Assembly (NCBI GenBank): GCA_965222075.1 | Contig: OZ244937.1 | Coordinates: 5,296,006 to 5,360,005 of the forward strand | Direction: 5' to 3' | Source of the DNA: Candidatus Latescibacterota bacterium | GTDB taxonomy: Bacteria > Latescibacterota > UBA2968 > GCA-2709665 | Length of the DNA: 64,000 nucleotides | In this document: one piece after another, positions 57,180 through 64,000 of the stretch | Layout of the letters: each line of letters begins with the position of its first letter | How positions within the stretch are numbered: the first letter of the stretch is position 1 | Made by a program: the position numbers and the translations under genes | Notes under the pieces: generated by a model | What the model saw: only the letters and a program-made list of their open reading frames with translations | The model's database searches: none | What the model was told of the DNA's origin: nothing

Positions 57180-59471
57180 ATGGGTCGTCGAGAACAGACT
57201 GCCGACATTCGACAGGAGGCGGGAGCGCCAGCGGCCAGCGGCCCTATTCCGCTCGATTTTGAAGAACCGACGGGGACGTCGCGCAGCGCCTGGCCGGTGA
57301 CCGAGGGGTTTCCCTTCCCGAAGGGGGTCCTGTACGATGCCGGGCAGATCCGGATTGTGGAGGAGGGCGGAGAGGAACTGGCCTGCCAGGTTCGCCCGCT
57401 GGCAGAGTGGCCGGATGGGTCGCTGCGCTGGGTGCTGCTGGATTTTCAGACGGATATGGTTGCCGGAGAGGACAAGCGGCTCTATCTGGAGTACGGCCCT
57501 GACGTCCGTCCGTCCGCGCCGGAACGGGCGATCCGAATCGAGGAGAGCGAGAAGGCTGTTACCGTGGATACGGGGCCGTTGCAGGTGACGATCGAACGGG
57601 GTTTTCTCTCGCAAGTTGTGCTGGACGGTGAGCCGATGGTTGCAGAGGGGGATCCGCTCGGTCCCTGGCTTGTGTGGATCGAAGGGGAGCGTTTTCGGGC
57701 GACGGGCGATCCCGACTGTGAGGTGGCGGTTGAGGCGTCCGGTCCGCTGCGGGCGGTGGTCCGGATGGCGGGATGTCACACCGCTGATGATGGCGAACAG
57801 CTTTTCGGATTTGTCGTGCGGGTGACGCTGTGGGCCGGGCGCAGCGATATGCAGATCGAATACACGTTTGTGAACGACGCGGATGCGGAGGTGACCGGGC
57901 TTCAGGAGATCGGCGTTGACCTGCCGCTACGCCTGGGGTCGGGTCGGGTTGGGACCTATGGCGCCTACGATTCTGTTCAGCAGGTGAAGGAAGACTTCCA
58001 TCTGTTTCAGGACAAGCCGGTGATGCGTTCGCCGACGCATATCTTCAGCGAGCCCCGCGCCGCCGGTGGAGGACCGCTTCCCGGACATGGGCAGGGGTGG
58101 GTCGATTTGAGCGACGGGGCGCGGGGTGTGACGGCATCGCTGCAGGCGTTTGGGCAGAACTATCCGAAGGTGGCGGCGGTCGAGGGAGATACGATCCGTT
58201 TCCGGTTGTGGCCTGCGGAGGCGGGGGTTTTGAAGTTTGTGCAGGGGATGGCGAAGACGCACCGGCTTTATTACCACTTCCACGCGGGCGATGGGACAGC
58301 GGCACAGGCCAACGAGGCGGTGGTGAATTTTGAAGAGCCGCTGCTTTTCGCCTCGCCCGATTGGGTGCTGGGCAGTGGTGCGCTGGGGGAGGTGTTCCCG
58401 TGTATGCCGGACCGGTATCCGGGCATCGAGCGGGCGTTCCGGGATGCATACGTGCATTACGCCTACGACAACCTGGCGTTCGGGATGATCGACTATGGCG
58501 ACTTTCCACAGCTCGGCACGGAGGGTCGGGAGAGGTATATGGGGAACAACGAGCACGATCTGGCGCACGGTTTTCTGCTCCAGTTCGCCCGCACGGGAGA
58601 CCGGATGTATTTCGTAAGCGCGGATGCGGCGGTGTGGCATACGATGGATATCGATACGATCCACCACACGACGGATTCGTCCGAGGTGCTGGGCGGACAG
58701 CGCGCGCATGGGGACGACCACGGTAAGGCGGCGATCTATCCGTCACATATGTGGAGCGAGGGACTGGTGGAGTATTACTGGATGACGGGTCATCCCCGGG
58801 CGTTGGAGGTCGTGCGGGGACTGGGGGATTGCTATCTGCGGATGGTGGAGTCAGGTCGGTCTCTGCGGGGCGACCGGGAGGGGGGATGGTCGTTGATCGC
58901 GCTGACGGCGATCTACGAGGCGACGGGGGATGAGCGGTACTTGGACGGCTGCCGCAAGATCGTGCAGGCGGTGCAGGGGCAGCAGGGAGCGGACGGGGGA
59001 TGGTTGAAGAAGATGGGATTCCGCCAGGCCATCTCGCCGATGCACGTGTGCATTCTGTCGACCGGGCTGCGCAAGGTGCACGAGTTGACCGGGGATGAGT
59101 CGGTGCGCGAGACCTTCCTGAAAGGGATGGATTGGGTCTATGCGAAGGGGCGTTTCCCGGACGGGACGCTCCACTGGATTGACCATCCGGACCCGGCCAA
59201 CCGGCGGTCGCGTTACGGCGGGGATTTGCGGGAGGCGTTCGGGTATGCCTACGGCCTGACGGGCGATCGGAAGTATATTGAGATGGGGATGATCAACCAT
59301 CGGTGGGCGTTTGGGGTGGACTGCCTGCGTGGTTCCTGGACGTTCGGGATCACCCAGGACCTCCGCCTGGTGATGGTGTTCGGATCGAGCCTGGCGGCCG
59401 AGTATCGGGGGAATTTCCGGTTCCTCTACTGGGCGGACCGGGCCGGGTTGCTGAAGGATTTGCCGGATTAA
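57180..59471 (+). CDS. PcRGLX/YetA-like protein, copy 2
   Basis: Near-identical to 20137-22425 except at the N-terminus and a few loops. Confidence 0.68.
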   Translation: MGRREQTADIRQEAGAPAASGPIPLDFEEPTGTSRSAWPVTEGFPFPKGVLYDAGQIRIVEEGGEELACQVRPLAEWPDGSLRWVLLDFQTDMVAGEDKRLYLEYGPDVRPSAPERAIRIEESEKAVTVDTGPLQVTIERGFLSQVVLDGEPMVAEGDPLGPWLVWIEGERFRATGDPDCEVAVEASGPLRAVVRMAGCHTADDGEQLFGFVVRVTLWAGRSDMQIEYTFVNDADAEVTGLQEIGVDLPLRLGSGRVGTYGAYDSVQQVKEDFHLFQDKPVMRSPTHIFSEPRAAGGGPLPGHGQGWVDLSDGARGVTASLQAFGQNYPKVAAVEGDTIRFRLWPAEAGVLKFVQGMAKTHRLYYHFHAGDGTAAQANEAVVNFEEPLLFASPDWVLGSGALGEVFPCMPDRYPGIERAFRDAYVHYAYDNLAFGMIDYGDFPQLGTEGRERYMGNNEHDLAHGFLLQFARTGDRMYFVSADAAVWHTMDIDTIHHTTDSSEVLGGQRAHGDDHGKAAIYPSHMWSEGLVEYYWMTGHPRALEVVRGLGDCYLRMVESGRSLRGDREGGWSLIALTAIYEATGDERYLDGCRKIVQAVQGQQGADGGWLKKMGFRQAISPMHVCILSTGLRKVHELTGDESVRETFLKGMDWVYAKGRFPDGTLHWIDHPDPANRRSRYGGDLREAFGYAYGLTGDRKYIEMGMINHRWAFGVDCLRGSWTFGITQDLRLVMVFGSSLAAEYRGNFRFLYWADRAGLLKDLPD

Positions 59472-59519
59472 AATGGATTCCGGCTAAAAACGATAACCTT
59501 ATTGAGTGAGGTGAGACCT

Positions 59520-60791
59520 ATGAGTGAGCAGATCCTTGCAGGCTTCGGGAAGGTCGATATTACCCCCGAACTGGACGACCCGCCGACTTTTGAAATCTTC
59601 GATCCGATCTTCTTTCGCGCCCTCCACGTGCGCCAGGCCGACCGGCAGGTTACGTTTCTGGCAGCCGACCTGTTCGTGCTCGACGACGACCTGCACGAAC
59701 GGGTCAGCCGAAAACTGGAAGGCACCGACATTGACCCCGAATGGATTTTGCGCGGCGCCTGCCACCTGGGAACCGGGCCGACGCTGTTTCAGTACTACGT
59801 CAATCAGCCGACCGAGGCGCTCAAAGAGTTCGGCAACGACCAGCACTACGCAGAAGCCGCCGCAGAAGCCATCCGCCTCGCCCGGGCGGATGCCGCGCCT
59901 GCCCGGGTGGCAGTTGGCACCGCAGACGCAGAACCCGGATTGCAATACAACCGGCGTGCCCACGACGATCAGGACAATTTGAGGATGGTCTCTTTGACCG
60001 AATTTCCCAAGCTGCCGGAGGACCTCCGCTACGATGCCGCCGATCCCCAGGTGGGGGTGGTCCGCTTCGACCGGCAGGGGAAGCGTCCGGTCGCCCTGAC
60101 CAATTTCGGCTGCCACGCCCTGTCGCTGTGGGATGTGCGGGGCAACGTTTCGGGGGATTACCCGGGCCGGATGGCGGCGATTCTGGCCGACGAAGGCATC
60201 GATGCGCTGTTTTTCCAGGGGGCGCTGGGCAATGTGCACCCGGTCCGGGAGGGTGACGATCCTTGCGGGCGGATCGGGAAGTCCCTGGCCGACACGGTGC
60301 TGAAGGTCTACGGTTCTCTGGAGCCTTCAGCAGACGTGGACCTGAAGTTCACCACGAAGACGATCGATATGGCGCCCCAACCCGTGCTGGAGGTCGAAGC
60401 GGCCAAGCAGCAGTGGGAGGCCCAGCCGCCTTCCAGCGAAGGACTTGCGCGCTACAAGTACTGGCTCGCCCAGTACTACCAGGATCGTCCCGCCTATCCG
60501 TTTGCGTTCCACGCGATCACAATCGGCGACGCAGCGCTGCTGCATATGCCGGGTGAGCCGTTTGCCGAGACCGCTCAGGCGATCCGTGAAGCGGTGCTAT
60601 TAGATCGGGTGTTGACCCTCTGCAACGCCTGTCCGGAGGCGGGCTACCTGCCCACGCCGGAGGCGCACAAAGAGGGAGGGGACGAGCCGCTGTTCGCCGC
60701 GTTGCACGACGAGGCAGAGGCCGAGATCCGACGTGCGGCAATCGAGCTGTTGAACGATGCCGCTACGCAGGGAAAATTGGATGGCGGTTGA
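59520..60791 (+). CDS. Neutral/alkaline ceramidase-like metal amidohydrolase
   Basis: AGFGKVDITP, ACHLGTGP, NRR, NFGCHA, SGDYPG, FFQGALGN, PGEPF, GYLPT. Confidence 0.75.
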   Translation: MSEQILAGFGKVDITPELDDPPTFEIFDPIFFRALHVRQADRQVTFLAADLFVLDDDLHERVSRKLEGTDIDPEWILRGACHLGTGPTLFQYYVNQPTEALKEFGNDQHYAEAAAEAIRLARADAAPARVAVGTADAEPGLQYNRRAHDDQDNLRMVSLTEFPKLPEDLRYDAADPQVGVVRFDRQGKRPVALTNFGCHALSLWDVRGNVSGDYPGRMAAILADEGIDALFFQGALGNVHPVREGDDPCGRIGKSLADTVLKVYGSLEPSADVDLKFTTKTIDMAPQPVLEVEAAKQQWEAQPPSSEGLARYKYWLAQYYQDRPAYPFAFHAITIGDAALLHMPGEPFAETAQAIREAVLLDRVLTLCNACPEAGYLPTPEAHKEGGDEPLFAALHDEAEAEIRRAAIELLNDAATQGKLDGG

Positions 60792-60867
60792 GACGGTAAG
60801 ACACCGGATATGAATCGTTCAGGTTAGGCCGATATCGTTCTAATGACAAAATTGGAGGAACAGGCCA

Positions 60868-61749
60868 ATGGCCGGAGAGGGACTTCTGGAGAGGCTGAAG
60901 GAAGGGTTTGTGCTGGGGGACGGGGGCTATCTGATGGAGCTTCGGCTGCGGGGGTTCATCAAGGCAGGGTCGATGACGCCTGAGGTGATCGCCACGCACC
61001 CTGAGGAAGTCCGCAAGCTGACGCAAGCGTTCAGGGATGCCGGCGCGGAGGTGCTGCAGACGCTGACGTTTTTCGGCACGTCCAACATGCTCGAGCAGGC
61101 CGGGCTGGGGGACCGTGCGGAGGAGATCAACCGGACGGCCTGCCGCATCGTGCGGGAGGTGGCCGGTGAGGATGTGCTGGTGGCGGGAAATCTGAACAGT
61201 CCGACCATTGTGTATGGGGACTACGATCCGTCGGATTCGACCAAGCAGGAGCGTACGCGCGCCTGGCTTGACGAGCAGCTTCCCTGGATCCTGGATGAGG
61301 ATGTGGATTTTCTGATTCTGGAGACGTTTTCGTGGCTTGACGAGGCGCTGGTGGCCCTGGATGTGGTGAAGGATACGGGGATGACGCTGGTGACGACGGT
61401 GAGCATGGAGGGGGAAGGCGGAACGACGCTGGACGGGTTCTCGGGCGCGGAGTGCGCCAGGCGCCTGGTCGATGCCGGGGCTGATGTGGTGGGGGTGAAC
61501 TGTCTGCAGCGTCCCGGGGAGATGCTCCCCTGTGCGGTGGATATGCGCAGGGCGGTGGATGTGCCGGTGTGCTGCCAGCCGTCGGCGTGGCATTCCTGGT
61601 GGTCGGATTCGACGCCGGTGCCGCCGGAGGGGTTTGCCGAGTTTGCAAAGGAGGCGATGGCGGCCGATGTCCGGTATTTGGGGAGCTGCTGCGGGGCAGG
61701 TCCCGAGCACGTGCGTGCGATGGCAGAGGCGATGGAGAAGGTTAAGTGA
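60868..61749 (+). CDS. Homocysteine S-methyltransferase family protein, copy 2
   Basis: GDGGYLMEL, AGAEVLQT.TF, ETF, GVNC, GSCCG. Confidence 0.9.
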   Translation: MAGEGLLERLKEGFVLGDGGYLMELRLRGFIKAGSMTPEVIATHPEEVRKLTQAFRDAGAEVLQTLTFFGTSNMLEQAGLGDRAEEINRTACRIVREVAGEDVLVAGNLNSPTIVYGDYDPSDSTKQERTRAWLDEQLPWILDEDVDFLILETFSWLDEALVALDVVKDTGMTLVTTVSMEGEGGTTLDGFSGAECARRLVDAGADVVGVNCLQRPGEMLPCAVDMRRAVDVPVCCQPSAWHSWWSDSTPVPPEGFAEFAKEAMAADVRYLGSCCGAGPEHVRAMAEAMEKVK

Positions 61750-62999
61750 AGGGGGCGACAATCGCGGAAAAGGTCGAGCTCTCCAGCCCCACCGATGATC
61801 GACAGTGGACCGAATTGCGTGCGTTCTTCGAGAAGGTATTCGGCCCGGACGATGCGCGCCTCTGGCGGACTTTCCACGGACGCCCCCCTTTCTGTCGGCG
61901 CGAATGGTGCCGTGTTATCCGTCAGGACGGCCAGATTGTCAGTCACGTCTGCTTTGTGCCCCGTCCGATGCGGATCGGCTCAGCGGTGATCCGGGCCGGG
62001 ACCATCGGATATGTGGCCACGCACCCGGCCTATCGGGACGGGGGCTTTGCGGGAATGCTGATGAACTACTGGACGAGAGAGGCCACCGCAGAGGGTTACC
62101 ATCTGGCCTACATCCACGGCATTCCCGATTTTTATGAGAGGTTTGGTTATCGCCACGCCGTTCCGGATGACGGACAGGACCCGGCGATCTGGTTGGACCT
62201 GATCGGTCTGCCGGGGCTGGGGGCCGGGCTGCGCACCCGGCCCTTTCAGGAACAGGACCTGTCTGCGATGGTGCGGTTGTACGAGGAGGACAACCGTACG
62301 CGCAGCGGCAGCCTGGTCCGCACTGAAGCCTACTGGAAGTGGTTGCTCAGCGGATTGGAAGGGCGAGGATGGGTGCGTCGAGAGGACGTTGTGGTCGCGG
62401 AAAACAGCGACGGTTGCGTGGCAGGCTATGCCATGGTCAATCCGAACGACAAGGGCCGCTTCGTCCTGTGGGAGGTGGCTGCTCGGGGCCGAGAAACCAC
62501 GATTGCACTTTTGGGCGAACTGGTCAGTCGAGCAGAGCGGGCAGGGAGAAACCGGCTGTATATACGAGTGCCGTCGAACCACCCCTTTGTGGCCTTCTGC
62601 GTCTCATTGGGCGCACAGGTGACGGGCCACAGCAATGGCGTCTTCGGCCGATTGCTGGATCTGGAGGGACTGTTCCAGGCGCTCGGTTCCGAACTGGAGG
62701 CCCGGTTGGCCCGGTCTCCGCTGAGGAATTGGACAGGCACCCTGCGGCTGGAAACCGATATTGGAACGGTTGCGCTTTCGTTTGTCGGGGGAAAACTGAG
62801 GCCAGGCGAAATGCCGACTCCGCTGCGGACGGCCCAGGTGCCTCAAAGCTGGCTGGTCCGGATGGTAACAGGGTACAACGATATCGCCGCCCTCAGCGGA
62901 CGGCGGGGCATCCGGATTGCACGGGACGACTGGCCTCTGCTGCGTACGCTGTTTCCCAAAGGCAGTCCCTACATTTGGGCGGCCGACAGCGGCTATTGA
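61746..62999 (+). CDS. Eis-like GNAT acetyltransferase (tandem GNAT + SCP2-like tail)
   Basis: IGYVATHPAYRDGGFA, GIPDFYERFGY, R...YW, RLLDL..L...L, LFP. Confidence 0.8.
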   Translation: MKGATIAEKVELSSPTDDRQWTELRAFFEKVFGPDDARLWRTFHGRPPFCRREWCRVIRQDGQIVSHVCFVPRPMRIGSAVIRAGTIGYVATHPAYRDGGFAGMLMNYWTREATAEGYHLAYIHGIPDFYERFGYRHAVPDDGQDPAIWLDLIGLPGLGAGLRTRPFQEQDLSAMVRLYEEDNRTRSGSLVRTEAYWKWLLSGLEGRGWVRREDVVVAENSDGCVAGYAMVNPNDKGRFVLWEVAARGRETTIALLGELVSRAERAGRNRLYIRVPSNHPFVAFCVSLGAQVTGHSNGVFGRLLDLEGLFQALGSELEARLARSPLRNWTGTLRLETDIGTVALSFVGGKLRPGEMPTPLRTAQVPQSWLVRMVTGYNDIAALSGRRGIRIARDDWPLLRTLFPKGSPYIWAADSGY

Positions 63000-63023
63000 G
63001 CAGGTGGATACCGTTGCGTAGTT

Positions 63024-63161
63024 GTGATGGGAGAGAACCGCTGGCACGAGGCGCAGACCTGGCCTTTGCCGGAGGCACGGCCGACGGCCTACTTCTTCCA
63101 TTCCAGGGGGGCGGCAAATACGCCCTCGGGAGACGGGCGTCTCTCGCGCAGGGCGCCTGGA
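63024..63161 (+). pseudogene. Internal remnant of a CocE/NonD hydrolase
   Basis: MGENRWHEAQTWPLPEARPTAYFFHSRGAANTPSGDGRLS aligns with MGINEWRDEHEWPLARTTWQAWYFHGNGEANSVLGDGHLS of 49314. Confidence 0.8.
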
Positions 63162-63167
63162 CAGATT

Positions 63168-64000
63168 CTAAGGCTCTTTCCCCTCCTCCAAGACAACCAC
63201 CCGGTCTGCCTGGACATCCGAGAGTACCTGCATCCGTCCGCTGGGCCAGTGCACCTCGATGCGCTCAACGCGCTCCTCAGCTCCCAGCCCGAAATGAAGC
63301 CGCAGATCGCTGGCCGAAAGGTAGCTCGACCCGCTCCGTACCTCCCGGACCTGCTGCCGTCCCCCAACCCACACCGTCACCCGTGCACCGATGCCGTTCC
63401 GGTTGGACAAAGAAAGTCCCGGGTCCCGGGTCCCGGGTCCCGAGTCCCCCACCCATCTCCTTTCAGGATGACTTTGGATTCTGGATTCTGGATTCTGGAC
63501 TCCCCTTGTTCCCCCTACCAGTTTCACCATCAGCCAGTGATTCCAGTTCCTGCCGTCGTTTCGATAGATCTGGGGTCGTCCGCCCAGGATCATGACAACG
63601 AGGTCGAGGTCCCCATCTCCGTCGAGGTCTCCTACAGCCGAACCTCGGCCGACGGTGGGACCAGTGAAACTCGCTTCGCCTGTGATGTCCTCAAAGGTGC
63701 CGCCATCGTTCCGGAAGAGCTGATCGGGTTGGGCGTAGGATTCGGTGGGGGAGAAGACAGCGACGTTGGGGAAGAGATGGCCGTTGGCGACAAAGAGGTC
63801 GAGATCGCCGTCATTGTCGAAGTCGAAGAAGTGAGTACCCCATCCCATGGGCATCGTGCTGGGTCCAAAGAGGCCGACCTCTGCGGTCGCCTCGGCAAAG
63901 AGACCACTGCCCCCGTTGCGGTAGAGGGCGTTGGTCTCTAAGGAGAAGTTGGTAACGATCAGATCGGGTGCGCCGTCTCCGTTGATGTCCCCGGCGTCCA
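63168..64000 (-). CDS. CRTAC1-like FG-GAP repeat protein with ASPIC/UnbV domain (5' end outside the window)
   Basis: GDINGDGAPDL, DFDNDGDLDLFVANG, GDLDGDGDLDL, SNRNGIGARV, GSSYLS..DLRLHFGLG, WPSG. The frame is open to the window end. Confidence 0.92.
   Translation of the reverse strand, partial: DAGDINGDGAPDLIVTNFSLETNALYRNGGSGLFAEATAEVGLFGPSTMPMGWGTHFFDFDNDGDLDLFVANGHLFPNVAVFSPTESYAQPDQLFRNDGGTFEDITGEASFTGPTVGRGSAVGDLDGDGDLDLVVMILGGRPQIYRNDGRNWNHWLMVKLVGGTRGVQNPESRIQSHPERRWVGDSGPGTRDPGLSLSNRNGIGARVTVWVGGRQQVREVRSGSSYLSASDLRLHFGLGAEERVERIEVHWPSGRMQVLSDVQADRVVVLEEGKEP

Noticed and set aside
62339-63595. 418-aa + strand ORF
   Set aside because: Alternative frame overlapping the Eis-like gene and the antisense ASPIC gene. 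Arg/Pro/Gly-rich with no motifs.
63024-63941. 305-aa + strand ORF as a real gene
   Set aside because: Only the first ~46 codons are CocE-like. The remainder is the antisense of the ASPIC/FG-GAP gene.

Overview
GC-rich bacterial window, almost entirely + strand after ~5.8 kb. The gene families (DUF6785-like membrane proteins, GWxTD/TPR proteins, TonB receptor + PorV-like triads) suggest an FCB-superphylum lineage such as Latescibacterota; this is an inference. Positions 1-5394 hold an integron-like array of at least six gene cassettes on the minus strand (NUDIX, HAD, GNAT, GNAT+HicBA, SAM methyltransferase, 2H phosphoesterase). The cassettes are separated by atypical, branched attC-like sites and end at an attI-like site next to a co-oriented, truncated tyrosine recombinase that lacks the IntI-specific insertion. 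The rest is a large uptake/catabolic region. It has two three-gene operons (TonB-dependent receptor, secreted FN3/T9SS-CTD-like protein, PorV-family barrel, no SusD), two TPR-GWxTD proteins, three DUF6785-like transporters and two near-identical PcRGLX/YetA-like proteins. It also has a LacI regulator and many redox, PLP, amidase and acetyltransferase enzymes. Intergenic spaces contain several internally deleted remnants of genes found intact elsewhere in the window, a duplicated promoter, an amplified REP-like element and a candidate antisense sRNA. No rRNA, tRNA or CRISPR array was recognised. Protein calls come from motif recognition by eye, not database searches.
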